Source of the DNA: an uncultured delta proteobacterium
GTDB lineage: Bacteria > Desulfobacterota > Desulfobacteria > Desulfobacterales > Desulfatirhabdiaceae
NCBI GenBank assembly: GCA_963789395.1
Contig: CAWBKP010000021.1
Location: 1 to 64,000 of the forward strand
DNA length: 64,000 bases
Direction of reading: 5' to 3'
Numbering within the stretch: position 1 is the stretch's first letter; every line of letters begins with the position of its first letter. Positions 40,211-51,528 of the stretch are shown piece after piece. The position numbers were made by a program, and so were the translations under genes. The notes beneath the pieces were generated by a model. It worked only from the letters and a program-made list of their open reading frames with translations, did not search any database and was not told the origin of the DNA.

Positions 40211-40290
40211 GAATGTGATATTATGGGAATACCGGCTGTGATGTCAATGAAATTGAATCAAGAAGATGGAAATGACAGGGAGAATTCAAG

Positions 40291-41574
40291 ATGGAAACAG
40301 TGAGGCTCATTTATGGGGATAAAGTTTGTGAACTGCCGATCGTTGTCGGTACGGAAGGTGAAAAAGGAATCGATATTTCAAAACTGCGTCAGACCACCGG
40401 CCTGATAACCCTTGATCCGGGCTTTGCCAATACCGGAAGCTGCACCAGCGCCATCACGTTCATGGACGGAGAAAACGGCATCCTGCGATATCGCGGAATT
40501 CCGGTTGAAGATCTGGCGGAGCATTCCATTTTTACGGAGACAGCCTATCTGCTGATTAACGGAAAACTGCCGAACCGCCAGGAGCTGAATCAATTCTCCG
40601 TCCTTCTCAATGACAATTCCCTGATTCATGAGGATATGCAGTTCTTTTTCCAGAATTTTCCCAGGGCGTCCCATCCCATGGGAATCATGTCCGCGATGGT
40701 GACGGCACTGAGAAGCTTTTATCCGGAGCTGAAAATCAACGAAGAAGAAGAGATCAACCTGACGGTTACCCGCCTCTTGTCCAAGGTTCGCACCCTTGCC
40801 GCCATGTCATATAAAATATCCCGGGGCCACAAGGTGATTTATCCGCGGCCGGATCTGAACTACTGCGCCAATTTTCTGAACATGATGTTTGATAATCCGG
40901 TCAGGCCGTATCATATCGACAACACGCTGGTCAAAGCGCTGAATGTCTTCTGGATCCTGCACGCGGATCACGAACAGAACTGCTCGACCTCAACGGTTCG
41001 CATGGTCGGAAGCGGCCGGGTGAATCTTTATGCGGCGATCTCCGCAGGGGTTGCGGCGCTCTGGGGGCCGCTGCACGGGGGGGCGAACCAGGCGGTGATT
41101 GAAATGCTGGAAAGCATTTCAAAGAGCGGCGGGGATGTCACGCGGGCCATTGCGCGGGCAAAGGACAAAAACGATCCGTTCCGGCTGATGGGGTTTGGTC
41201 ACAGGGTGTATAAAACATACGATCCGCGCGCAAGAATCATGAAAATAATGTGCGACAAGGTACTGGACAAGTTACATATCAGTGATCCGCTGCTGGACAT
41301 CGCAAAACAGCTGGAGGATGCGGCGGTTACCGATGATTATTTTATCGAACACAATCTGTACCCGAACATCGATTTTTACAGCGGAATTGTGCTGCGCGCA
41401 ATGGGAATTCCCACCAACATGTTTACCGTGATGTTCGCCATCGGCAGGCTTCCGGGCTGGATTGCCCAGTGGAAGGAAAGTCTGGACGACCCCAACTGGC
41501 GGCTGAGCCGCCCGCGGCAGATTTATACCGGTCTATGCGAGACCCGATATACGCCGATCGATAAACGGGAGTAA
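40291..41574 (+). CDS. gltA: Citrate (Si)-synthase
   Basis: LHADHEQNCST, GPLHGGAN, LMGFGHRVYK, YPNIDFYSG. Confidence 0.97.
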   Translation: METVRLIYGDKVCELPIVVGTEGEKGIDISKLRQTTGLITLDPGFANTGSCTSAITFMDGENGILRYRGIPVEDLAEHSIFTETAYLLINGKLPNRQELNQFSVLLNDNSLIHEDMQFFFQNFPRASHPMGIMSAMVTALRSFYPELKINEEEEINLTVTRLLSKVRTLAAMSYKISRGHKVIYPRPDLNYCANFLNMMFDNPVRPYHIDNTLVKALNVFWILHADHEQNCSTSTVRMVGSGRVNLYAAISAGVAALWGPLHGGANQAVIEMLESISKSGGDVTRAIARAKDKNDPFRLMGFGHRVYKTYDPRARIMKIMCDKVLDKLHISDPLLDIAKQLEDAAVTDDYFIEHNLYPNIDFYSGIVLRAMGIPTNMFTVMFAIGRLPGWIAQWKESLDDPNWRLSRPRQIYTGLCETRYTPIDKRE

Positions 41575-41581
41575 AGCAGAA

Positions 41582-41613
41582 AAAGGCTGAAGCATGACGT
41601 GTCTTCGGCCTTT
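41582..41613. terminator. Hairpin between convergent gltA and NlpC/P60 genes
   Basis: AAAGGCTGAAG...CTTCGGCCTTT. Confidence 0.6.
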
Positions 41614-41621
41614 ATCCGTTA

Positions 41622-43122
41622 TTAGTACTTCATGTCCAGTTTAAACAGAAAATCGCTGTTCAATGATGAATCAGCGGCTGACGAGAGATCCGCCCCGGCC
41701 GGGTATGCCCATGAAGTCATGTTTTCCCATAATGGAGAGTTCGAGATTTTTTGAAAAATAATATCCCAGTTTAAGAGACATATCCATGGTATTTAACATG
41801 TCGGATCCTTTAAACAGCGAGTCCGCCATGTCCAGCTGATCCGCGTAATGCAGTGCCATGGAAACGGACCAGGGGCCTGTCATCGGTATTATTTTTGTAT
41901 TCAGGCCGAAGATGCGTTTGGGAACTTCCAGCGTGTCCTTGACTTGAGAATGTTGATCGTAATGCAGATACATAAAGGATGGTGTGATGCTGAGTCCTTC
42001 CAGCGGAGTGAATACGCTGGCCAGCTTAAAGCCGTGACGGAGTGTTGAAGACGAATCGTCCAATCGGTCTGCTGATGTAATGGCCAGTCATCATCCATCT
42101 CGCGGTCATAAACATTCCATGCGCTGGCTTTATCCAGTTTTTCCCGAATGGCGCTCATGCTGACGTTGCACGTGTCATTCCAGAAATTGTGACTGAGTTC
42201 AACTTCATACGTATACCGGTGACCATAATTAAACACATAGACTTCATTGTTCGCTTCGCGAAACGCGGAGGACCGGCCAAAATCACCAAAATCGTACGAG
42301 GGTCGGAATTCATCACGGGCATAAGATTTGATGTGGCCGGTATTGAGCGGAATGTCAAAGCTTCCCTGCAACTGCAGGGTTTCCATGCCTGTTTTGTCAA
42401 ATGACATCAACCGCTTGGTCCCGACCATACGGGATTTCCAGTGCTGGTCGTCCAGGCTGGATATCGTGATGCCGCTGCCGTTTGTGGCGTGGATGAAATT
42501 GCCATCCCCCAGATAAACCCCCACATGATTGATGCGTTTTTTTCGGGAGAAGAATACAAGATCACCGGTTTGAAGTTCGTCTTCGTCAATTTTTTGAAGC
42601 TTGGGGAAACTGAACTGGGCCGCGGAGTTGTGAGGCAGATCGATTCCAAAAAGATTGGCATAAATCGTTCTGGCGAATCCCGAGCAATCCATGCCGTTTA
42701 AACTGGTTCCCCCGCTTCGGTAGGGAATGCCAAGATATTCTTTCATTTCCGCCTGAAGTTTCTGCTCCGGAAAATCCGATGGAGAATATTGAAACGGGCT
42801 CGACTGGGATTCCTTGCCTCTGCTTGCGGTTACCGTTGGGGGCGACTTTCTTTTCGATAGGGAATGCTTCTTTGTATTGCGTTTTTTTTCAGTGGTTTTT
42901 TCGGAGAGTTTCGGAGTGGATTTTTTTTTCTGTCGGTTGGCACTGGATTTTTTATCAGCCGTCTTTACCGATATTTTGTGGCAATCGGTTTTCTTTGTGT
43001 CGGCGGGTTTTACTGGAGTCTGTTTGCCGTGGACAGGTGTGGTGGCAAGGATGAAAAGAAGGCAACAGACGACAGAAAAAAAGTATCTGAAAGCTTTTGA
43101 TATTAACGGTTTGGTTTTTCAT
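41622..43122 (-). CDS. Secreted NlpC/P60 (C40) peptidase with Lys-rich linker and long C-terminal beta-strand-rich domain (frameshifts near 43115, 42062 and 41695)
   Basis: Manual reading gives a signal peptide MKTKPLISKAFRYFFSVVCCLLFILA; core YLGIPY..GG....MDCSGF, GDLVFF, HVGVY, FIHA. Confidence 0.8.
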
Positions 43123-43647
43123 TGTTTCACATTCGTTGGTAACAAGATGAGGTGCCGGCAGAAAATCTATTACGTTGAACAGACAACCTGCCTCCTGGAC
43201 TCAGGATGTCAAACTGAACGAGCCAATGACAACATTACCAGTATTCTGTATTTCCTTTCAATGGGTTATCTGATATCTGAAGAGGTATTTTTCAGATACG
43301 GTGGGCACGAAAAGGCCTTTTGTGCGTGAACATAGAATATTTGGAAACACTTTGTCAATACCCAAGTCGCCAAAAAACGGCAGCCGATTCGGATGATGCT
43401 GCCAATCTTCCGTAAATTCAAAATATAACCGGGTCTGAATCATTGACTTATTCATGTGGTTTCAGGAGAGAAAATGTCCGGTTATTTGCAGACGAAAGAT
43501 CAGATTGCACTGCCGGACGCGGTGCGGGAGTTCAACAAACGGGTTCCGCGCCGGCTTGTTCTGGATATGGACAAGGATGAGATCAGGTTTCCCTTGGAAT
43601 TTCTGCGGGAGGCGGGACGCCAAAGAGGCTTTTGTGGAAGCTGACAC

Positions 43648-44099
43648 CTAATCTTTGATGGATTCTAAATGATCCATGGATCGGGAAATCAATTGAATAA
43701 TGCGCTCTCTGGAATACAAGGGCCCGCTGCCGATTCCCGGGCATTGACAGAGGGCTTTTTCCCATTGCTGAATGGATCGCATCTGGCTGAACCAGAAGGG
43801 GTAAGTGCGGCACTGGAGCGGCCGGACCGGGTAAATCCGGCAGCCCTGGTCATAGAACCGGCAGCTGCCGTCAGTTTCCTCGACAATGCTGAAACCCGAT
43901 GCAATCGGCCGCAGATGAATCCGGACCAGATCGGGTAGGGACAGCTTCAGGAAATCGGCCAGAATTCGATTTCCTGCTCGCTGATGCGGATGATGCCGGG
44001 GTCTCCCGTGCAGCAGGTTCCGCAGCGCCGGCATTCAAATCGAATTCCAGCATCAAAAAAATACCGGCAATGATAGTGATTGTCAGGGTTGCATTTCAT
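43648..44099 (-). CDS. YkgJ-family cysteine-cluster protein (frameshift near 43965)
   Basis: FECRRCGTCCTG, then CRFY...CRIYPVRPLQCRTYPFW...CPGIG. Confidence 0.85.
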
Positions 44100-44868
44100 A
44101 TGGGTTTCGATCTATAAAAACATCATTAATAAGCGGGAACATCACGTTGTCCGGTTCTTTACCGGCGTCCTCACAGGCAGTGACGTATGCGGTGCCTTCA
44201 GCAATTTTCCACAGCACATTGAAGTCATACACCTTCATGCCGAAATGGCTTTTTTGAGGTGCGGCTTTGTAATAGGCGGGTCTGGGGTCCATTTTGAGCA
44301 ATTGTTCGATGAGCAGCATCAGCCCCGGGTATCCGGACTGTTCTTTTTCATGGCAGAAGGCACTGGCTTGCGGGCTGAAATCGACCCGCACGGGGGCTTC
44401 CGGGATATTCGATGCAAATCCGCCGCAGGCATTGGAAATGGCGTCGGCATAGGGCAGATACGGCTTGATGTCCAGAACCGGGGTGCCGTCCATCAGGTCG
44501 ATGCCGCTCAGGTAAAGACGGGTTTCTTTCTTTTCCCGGACAATTTTATCGAGCCGGACCGCCGACAGGCCGATGGGATTGGGCCGGAATCCGGAACGGG
44601 TTGAAAAAACCCCGGTCCTGCGGTTTCCGCCAAGCCGGGGCGGGCGGACGGTCGCCTTCCAGGTGTCCCGCATGCCGGAATGGAAGACAAATATGACCCA
44701 GATATGGGAAAAATCCGCCAATCCTTTAAATGCTTCCATCTGATCGAAAGGTGAAAACATTTTCAGTACGGCGCGGGCTTCCGTTGCCAGGCCGGGCTGG
44801 CGGGGAATGCCGAATTTTTCCTTGAAACAGGAATCGATGATGCCGATCGGTTCAAACGAGTATTCCAT
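44083..44868 (-). CDS. trmO: tRNA (t6A37-N6)-methyltransferase TrmO
   Basis: KFGIPRQ, VRPPRLGGN, GVFSTRS.FRPNPIGLS, DGTPVLDIKPY. Confidence 0.95.
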   Translation of the reverse strand: MEYSFEPIGIIDSCFKEKFGIPRQPGLATEARAVLKMFSPFDQMEAFKGLADFSHIWVIFVFHSGMRDTWKATVRPPRLGGNRRTGVFSTRSGFRPNPIGLSAVRLDKIVREKKETRLYLSGIDLMDGTPVLDIKPYLPYADAISNACGGFASNIPEAPVRVDFSPQASAFCHEKEQSGYPGLMLLIEQLLKMDPRPAYYKAAPQKSHFGMKVYDFNVLWKIAEGTAYVTACEDAGKEPDNVMFPLINDVFIDRNPYEMQP

Positions 44869-44972
44869 GGGGAATCATTATAACGGACGTTTTTGATAAA
44901 TGTCAAAATTCCTTTTCTTTCAACGGCCGTGGCAAGACGGTGGAAAGTGTATTCAGATAAAGGAGCGCGATC

Positions 44973-46742
44973 ATGACAGCGACAGCTTCATATTTTCGAA
45001 ACATGCCTTTGGCGACATTGACCCGGGTGGCATCGGGCCTGGATGATGCGGATCTGGCAATCCTGAACGCCCGGGTAGTCAATGTGTATTCCGGAGAGAT
45101 TCTCCATAACTGTTCTGTCGGAATCAAGGGCGAATGGATTGCCTGGGTGGGGGATGCCCCGAAGAAAGTGGATGAAACCCGTACCCGGGTCATCGATGCC
45201 ACGGGAAAAACCGTGATTCCAGGCTTAATCGACGGCCATACCCACATGGCCTGGCTTACGGACCCGGCTGAATTTCTGCAAATCGCCATGAAAGGCGGCA
45301 TGACAACGCTGATCACCGAGACCATGGAAACCTTTCCGATCCGGGGCAGCGCCGGGGTAAAGGAGTTTCTGGCAGCTCTCAAAAACCAGCCGATTAAAAT
45401 ATTCACTACGGCGCCGGCCATGGTTTCCATCAGCGGAAAAACCAGGGGAATGCCCGTTGATGTGCTTGAAGCGTTGCTCGACCAGGAAGGAATGGTCGGT
45501 ATGGGGGAGTCATACTGGCAGGCCGTCATTCAGGACCCTGAAATATTTCTGCCGATGTTCGGCCGGGTGCTGGCTTCCGGCAAACTGCTGGAAGGCCATT
45601 CCGCAGGCGCAAGCGGTAAAAAGCTCATGGCGTATGCAGCCGCCGGTGTGTCTTCCTGCCATGAGCCCATTTCGGCCGAAGAAGTCCTTTCCCGCCTCCG
45701 GCTGGGGCTCTATGTCATGATCCGTGAAGGCAGCATTCGAAGGGATCTGGAGGCAATCTCGAAAATCAGGGAGTTTAATGTTGATTTCAGGCGGCTGATT
45801 CTGGTCACCGATGGCGTGACGCCGTCGGATTTGATCCACAAGGGGTATATGGAATATGTGGTGCAAAAAGCCATTGATTGCGGCTTCGGCGCCGTTACCG
45901 CCATTCAGATGGCGACCTTGAACGTGGCGGAGCATTTTGGCCTGGATGCCCTTGTCGGCGGTATTGCTCCTGCAAAACACGCCGATATGCTGATTATCCC
46001 GGATCCTGCCAGGATTGTTCCCGAGGTCGTGATCAGCAGGGGAAGGGTGGTGGCGGAAAACGGACAGGCTCTCGTACATCCCCGGCGGCATGCGTTTTCA
46101 CAGCAAAGCCTTGCCAGTGTCCATATCCCGGAGGCTTTAAAGCCCGCTGATTTTTCAATCCTCGCCCCGCAGGATACGCCGATTGTCCGGGTTCGGATCA
46201 TTGATATGATCACAGAACTGGTCACCCAGGAACTGCAGGCGGAGATGCCGGTTACGGGCGGAGAAATCCTTGCCGATACCGGAAAAGACATCATCAAGGT
46301 GGCGGCGATCGACCGCGTGCATGAGCCCGGAAAACGCTTTGCGGGCCTTATCCATGGAATCGGCATGAAATCCGGGGCCTTTGCTTCGAGCGCCGCCTGG
46401 GATACATCGGACATCATCGTGGTGGGGGCATCGGATGCAGACATGGCCCTTGCGGTAAACCGCATCCGGGAATTGCAGGGCGGCGCCGTTGTCTGCGATC
46501 AGGGTGCGGTTCTGGCCGAGGTGGCGCTACCGGTGATGGGTATCATGGCCCAGATTCCCGTTCTGGAGATGGCCCGGCAACTGGACGCCTTCGGGACCGC
46601 CATCGGTACCCTGGGGGTGAAGTTTTCCGATCCGCTGTTGACCCTTGTCACCCTGACCGGTGCGGCCATACCGTATTTAAGAATTTGTGATGACGGCCTG
46701 GTGAACCTGAAGAACGGCGTCACCACCGGACTCTGGATTTAA
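44973..46742 (+). CDS. ade: Adenine deaminase family amidohydrolase
   Basis: PGLIDGHTH, EGH, CHE, IREGS, VTDG, IQMATLN; C-terminal GAFASS.AWD. Confidence 0.85.
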   Translation: MTATASYFRNMPLATLTRVASGLDDADLAILNARVVNVYSGEILHNCSVGIKGEWIAWVGDAPKKVDETRTRVIDATGKTVIPGLIDGHTHMAWLTDPAEFLQIAMKGGMTTLITETMETFPIRGSAGVKEFLAALKNQPIKIFTTAPAMVSISGKTRGMPVDVLEALLDQEGMVGMGESYWQAVIQDPEIFLPMFGRVLASGKLLEGHSAGASGKKLMAYAAAGVSSCHEPISAEEVLSRLRLGLYVMIREGSIRRDLEAISKIREFNVDFRRLILVTDGVTPSDLIHKGYMEYVVQKAIDCGFGAVTAIQMATLNVAEHFGLDALVGGIAPAKHADMLIIPDPARIVPEVVISRGRVVAENGQALVHPRRHAFSQQSLASVHIPEALKPADFSILAPQDTPIVRVRIIDMITELVTQELQAEMPVTGGEILADTGKDIIKVAAIDRVHEPGKRFAGLIHGIGMKSGAFASSAAWDTSDIIVVGASDADMALAVNRIRELQGGAVVCDQGAVLAEVALPVMGIMAQIPVLEMARQLDAFGTAIGTLGVKFSDPLLTLVTLTGAAIPYLRICDDGLVNLKNGVTTGLWI

Positions 46743-46745
46743 CCC

Positions 46746-47530
46746 ATGCAAAACTTGGCAACCACGAGCTGTAAGACGGTTTCCGCTATCCCTGGATCCG
46801 GCCGATCCATTACGCTTTTTGTCCAGTGTCTGGTCGACAGTCTCTTTCCCGAGGTGAAGGATGCGGTGGAGACTATTTTTCACCGGATGGGGGGTGATGT
46901 CATCTGCCCGAAGGATCAGACCTGCTGCGGCCAGCCGGCATTTAATGCGGGGTACCGGAAAGAGGCCAGAAAAGCGGCCGCCAGATTCATTGATATTTTC
47001 GGCAATGCTGAAATCATTGTCTGTCCTTCAGGCTCTTGCGTGAACATGGTCCGGCATCATTATCCGCTCCTGTTTGAAAATGACCCGAAATACTATCCCA
47101 AAGCCGTTGAGATAGGAAGCCGCATCTTCGAACTGACGGAGTTTCTTGTGGATGTGCTCCGGGTGGAGGATCTCGGCGCGTCTTTTCCGGGCAAGGTGAC
47201 CTATCACGACTCCTGTCACCTGCTACGGGGCATTGCTGTTCGATCCCAGCCCCGGCGGCTGATCCGGAGCGTTGAGGGGGCAACCCTTGTTGAAATGAAG
47301 GATTCCGACCGGTGCTGTGGTTTCGGGGGAAGTTTTTTCCTGAAATACCCGGAGATCTCGGCGGCCATGGTATCCGACAAGGTCAGGGCAGTTATCGATT
47401 CCGGAGCCGATGTCGTCGTGGGCTGCGACATGGGGTGCCTGATGCGGATTCAAAAACAGCTGATCCGCCTCGGGTCAGACATCAAGGCCCTGCATATCGC
47501 TCAGCTCCTCGGCGATGCGTTTGTAAAAGT
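46746..47530 (+). CDS. lutA: LutA/LldE CCG-domain Fe-S protein (stop probably lost by an indel near 47520)
   Basis: QTCCGQPAFNAG, PSGSC, YHDSCH, CCGFGGSF, CDMGCL. Confidence 0.88.
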
Positions 47531-47548
47531 CATCAGGAAAGCAGATAC

Positions 47549-48838
47549 ATGCAACCGTATATCGATGAGGCCAGAAAGGCCATTTCAAATTCCGTGCTTC
47601 AGGCGGCGCTGGTCAATCTTCAGGAACGGCTGGGAAAGGGGGCGGCCGCTGCCTACCTCAATCTTGCCGAAGGGCCGGATCTTCGTTACAAAGCCCATGA
47701 ACTGCGTATGCAGGCTATCAACAACCTGGATCTGCTGCTGGAAACACTGGCCGTTCAGGTTGAAAAAAACGGGGGCCGGGTGATCTTTGCCGAAGATGCA
47801 AGGGCTGCGGTCGAAGCCTGTAGGGACATTGCCCGAAAGCACGGGGTGCGGGCCGTGGTCAAGGGGAAATCCATGGTGACCGAAGAAATCGGTCTGAATT
47901 CCGGCCTGATCGCGGACGGCATCGAGGTGACTGAAACGGATCTTGGGGAATACATCGTGCAGCTGGCGGCGGAACATCCTTCCCATATCATTGCGCCGGC
48001 CATACATAAGACGCGAAACGACATCGGGGCACTTTTTGCTGAAAAACTGGGCATCCCTTACATCAATGACCCGCCGGCACTGACCCTGGCAGCCAGAAAA
48101 GCCCTTCGGGAGAAATTTCTGGCCGCGGACATGGGCATTACCGGGTGCAACCTGGCCTGCGCGGAAACCGGGCATATCGCCATTCTTTCCAATGAAGGCA
48201 ACATCCGCATGGCCACCACGCTTCCCAAAGTTCATGTGGCTGTCATGGGCATGGAACGCGTGGCCGCAACGCTTGAAGATCATGATGTGCTGTTAAGACT
48301 GCTTGCAAGGGGGGCCGCGGGTCAGAAGATGGCCGGCTATGTCAGTCATATCAGCGGTCCCAGCCGGCCCGGTCATTCGGACGGCCCGGAAAGCTATTAC
48401 CTGATCATACTGGATAACGGCCGCAGCCGGATTCTGGCGGATGAAAGATTCCGGGAAATTCTCTGCTGCATCCGCTGCGGAGCCTGCCTCAATGTCTGTC
48501 CGGTTTATGCCAAAATCGGTGGGCATGCCTATGGTGGGGCTTATTGCGGTCCGATCGGTGCGGTGGTGACCCCGCTTTTGGCAGGCGTCAACCGCTCCAG
48601 GGACCTGTGTCTGGGAGAAACCCTCTGCGGGGCCTGCCGGGAAGCCTGCCCGGTTCATATCGATATCCCCAGGATGCTTCTGGAATTAAGGTCCATGCTG
48701 GCCGACGGAGATCCGTCCTGGCAGGTGCGGCGAAACAGCCTGATGGAAAAGGCAGGATGGATGATCTGGTCCTGGATGATGCAGGATCGTAGACGCTTTG
48801 AACTGGGCAGCCAATTGATGAAACGGATATTTCCATGA
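47549..48838 (+). CDS. lutB: LutB/LldF Fe-S protein (short C-terminus)
   Basis: VKGKSMVTEE, ETDLGEYIVQL, NEGN, CIRCGACLNVCPVY. Confidence 0.92.
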   Translation: MQPYIDEARKAISNSVLQAALVNLQERLGKGAAAAYLNLAEGPDLRYKAHELRMQAINNLDLLLETLAVQVEKNGGRVIFAEDARAAVEACRDIARKHGVRAVVKGKSMVTEEIGLNSGLIADGIEVTETDLGEYIVQLAAEHPSHIIAPAIHKTRNDIGALFAEKLGIPYINDPPALTLAARKALREKFLAADMGITGCNLACAETGHIAILSNEGNIRMATTLPKVHVAVMGMERVAATLEDHDVLLRLLARGAAGQKMAGYVSHISGPSRPGHSDGPESYYLIILDNGRSRILADERFREILCCIRCGACLNVCPVYAKIGGHAYGGAYCGPIGAVVTPLLAGVNRSRDLCLGETLCGACREACPVHIDIPRMLLELRSMLADGDPSWQVRRNSLMEKAGWMIWSWMMQDRRRFELGSQLMKRIFP

Positions 48839-49603
48839 ACCCTGAGCCTGTTATAAATCAGAGGCGTTTTCTTCAGAAGATCCGGACCGCCCTGGTACGG
48901 CACCCGGCGGAAGGCAGAAAATTTTCGGAGGTGTTTTCCGGAGATGAAAGCCAACTCCGCTCTTTTGCTGAACAAAATTAAAAGCCGGTCAGCCTTTGAC
49001 AGAAAGCGGCTGCTGGATCGCCTGATTTGCGAAGGCAGCCTGCTGAATCTAAGGGCGATTCCCGTCCCGAGCTTGGCAGAGGCCGCACAGGCCATTACAG
49101 AACTGGCGACGAATCGGATGCCTGAATGGAGCGATGCCCCAAGTCTGGTCGCCTGGCGGCATCCGCTGATCGACGGCCTGGATTTGCCTGAGCGCCTGAA
49201 GCGTCAGGGAATTCCGGTTTATGTGCCGGATCCGGAGACGGCTGATCCCGGCCTGTTTCGATTTCAGGCGCAAACCGCGCTGATCGGTGTGACTGCCGCG
49301 GACTATTGCATTGTCGAATCTGCAAGTCTGGTTCTGAAAACCCGTCCCGGACAGCCCGGAATGGTTTCGCTGCTGCCGTCCATTCATGTGGCGGTGATTT
49401 GCGAAGAAGATCTGCTGGAAAGCCTTGCCGAATGCTACGCCCTGGTGAAACAGGAACCGGATGCGGAAAAAGAAGGCATGACACGCTGCATGACGTTGAT
49501 CTCCGGCCCCAGCAAAACCGCAGACATCGAGGCGGTCATGGTTCACGGGGCACACGGACCGCGAGAAGTGATCATCTACGTGGTTTCCGGCAATGAGTTT
49601 TGA
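48835..49603 (+). CDS. lutC: LutC/LUD-domain protein (frameshift near 48975)
   Basis: SLLPSIHVAV, ISGPSKTADIE...GAHGP; ATGA-coupled to lutB. Confidence 0.88.
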
Positions 49604-49628
49604 CACGGAAAATTTTTGAGGATATCCG

Positions 49629-50762
49629 ATGAACATACTGATTTTCGGAAACTGCATAACCGAACGATGCCTGCAATATCGAAAAAACCAGGACTATCTC
49701 AGCGTTTCCGGACGTAAAAAAGTGTTGGCCTTATCAAAAACAATTGAGGAGCTGGGGCATACGGTTGATATTTGCTCGATATCGTATTCAAAACATACCC
49801 ATCGTGTATTTATCGAAAACCTGTCCAAAAAAAGCCGGTTAATACACGCGCCGACGCTCGGAATCAAGGGCAAGCTCAGTTTTTTTAAACGAACCGTCGG
49901 TACGATGTTTAACCTATTCTGGCTCATTTCACATTTCAGAAATTACGATGCCATTATTTTCTGGAATTATCATTTCGAGTTCAGCTTTCCCGCCTTGATG
50001 GGTAAATGGATATTCGGAATGAAAGCGATTATGGACTATGAAGACGGGCTGTTTCTGGATAAAGGCTATCAGGGAACGTTTTACCGATTCTGGGAAAAAA
50101 CGGTTTGCCATCATTCTTCCGGCTTTATTCTGGTAAATGAGCGCCTGAAATTTCGGTTGGAACACCATATGGAACCGGAAAAACCATCTGTTACCGTTCA
50201 TGGATTTATTGATGGTGAGTTGCTGAAAAAGCATAAAAAACTGGGAAAAAGTCCTGTTAAGCGGATCGTCTTTTCCGGGAATTTTTCTGCCGGATTCGGA
50301 TTTCAGGAACTGCTCGGGTATGTGGATAATTTGCCCGATGACATGCTGTTTGATATTACGGGAAAAGCCTCGAAAAAAGAAGTAAACGAATTGAAAGACC
50401 ATATCGCACGCCGCACGAATGTTCAGTATCATGGATTTGTGGATGAGAATAAATTTTCGGAAATAGTTGAAAAAGCCGATGCATTCGTCCTGTTGAACGA
50501 CACCATGTCCGCCTTTAATCAAACGAATTTTCCGTCGAAATTCTTCGATTATCTGTCTCGAAACAAATTTATCCTGACCACTCAAAATGCCTTGTTAACG
50601 CCATACCGAAAACTAAATAATGTCGTGATGATAAACAATTTCCCGCTTGGTATCAAACAATTGCATGAAATGACCCTGTCCCGCGCAGACGGATTATCCG
50701 CAAATCAAGGCCTTGGAGCTGGACACGGTCAAACGATTGCAGGAATTTCTCGAGCTGTTTGA
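49629..50762 (+). CDS. GT-B fold glycosyltransferase (C-terminus possibly frameshifted)
   Basis: DYED, VFSG, YHGFV, FPSKFFDYL. Confidence 0.75.
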   Translation: MNILIFGNCITERCLQYRKNQDYLSVSGRKKVLALSKTIEELGHTVDICSISYSKHTHRVFIENLSKKSRLIHAPTLGIKGKLSFFKRTVGTMFNLFWLISHFRNYDAIIFWNYHFEFSFPALMGKWIFGMKAIMDYEDGLFLDKGYQGTFYRFWEKTVCHHSSGFILVNERLKFRLEHHMEPEKPSVTVHGFIDGELLKKHKKLGKSPVKRIVFSGNFSAGFGFQELLGYVDNLPDDMLFDITGKASKKEVNELKDHIARRTNVQYHGFVDENKFSEIVEKADAFVLLNDTMSAFNQTNFPSKFFDYLSRNKFILTTQNALLTPYRKLNNVVMINNFPLGIKQLHEMTLSRADGLSANQGLGAGHGQTIAGISRAV

Positions 50763-50817
50763 TATTCGCGACATGAACAAGGCAGGCAACCAATAAATTT
50801 CATCTCCATGCCCCTTC

Positions 50818-51528
50818 TCAATGGATCCCTCTTTTTGCTTTCACCCATTGCTTAATCATTCGAAACGGCAGGCCAAGATACATTTTTCTGATGAGTTCAT
50901 ATTGAGAAACCGTTTTTTCTCCTGAATATCGCATCTGTTTCGGGATATACCAATTGTTACATCCGCAGCGGTTTACAATTTTATACCCTTTAGACTTCAA
51001 AAATCCGTGTTTTTTCAAGTTATGACAATGGTCTTCAATCAGGATCATTTTGGGCCGGTATTTTTGAAAATCGAATGCTTGTAAAGCGGGAATTTCCATT
51101 CCTTCGATATCGATAGATAAAAAATCGATTCGGTTACAGTCCGCCTCAATTAAGATGTCATTCAGGGTTCTTACGTGAACGATTTGATAAGCATTACCAT
51201 CACTGGGTTTATCAAATACCAGTTCGCTTTCAGCCGGATCATCCTTTACCAATAGATAGGCACTGCCTGTTTTATCAGACGAAGACACGGCCGACTCGAA
51301 TACCAGACTGTTTTTTCTGTGTTCTTTCAACAAAGCCGCCAAATGCGGCAATGGCTCAATTAATATGCCGTGCCATCCATTTGTTTCCAATAACCAGGTT
51401 TGACTCAACTTTGTCGGATGGTTGGCGCCGATTTCCAGGAAAAAACCTTTTGTGATGGGCAATGAAGAGAAATATTCAAAAATGATCCTGTCTTCGCCGA
51501 ATTGTGAGTATGACTCCATAGAATTCAA
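50818..51528 (-). CDS. FkbM-family methyltransferase
   Basis: YSQFGED, FLEIGAN, GILIEP, IDFLSIDIEG.E. Confidence 0.9.
   Translation of the reverse strand: MNSMESYSQFGEDRIIFEYFSSLPITKGFFLEIGANHPTKLSQTWLLETNGWHGILIEPLPHLAALLKEHRKNSLVFESAVSSSDKTGSAYLLVKDDPAESELVFDKPSDGNAYQIVHVRTLNDILIEADCNRIDFLSIDIEGMEIPALQAFDFQKYRPKMILIEDHCHNLKKHGFLKSKGYKIVNRCGCNNWYIPKQMRYSGEKTVSQYELIRKMYLGLPFRMIKQWVKAKRGIH

Noticed and set aside
43125..43450. c-di-AMP or c-di-GMP riboswitch upstream of the NlpC/P60 gene
   Set aside because: No recognisable conserved motifs on the minus strand by eye; an Infernal search would be needed.
43456..43644. Small ORF MSGYLQTKDQ... with AGGAG RBS
   Set aside because: Plausible but has no recognisable family or other support.
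48836..48838. lutB TGA as a further Sec codon explaining its short C-terminus
   Set aside because: It is an ATGA overlap with the lutC start, is not at a Cys motif, and has no matching hairpin.
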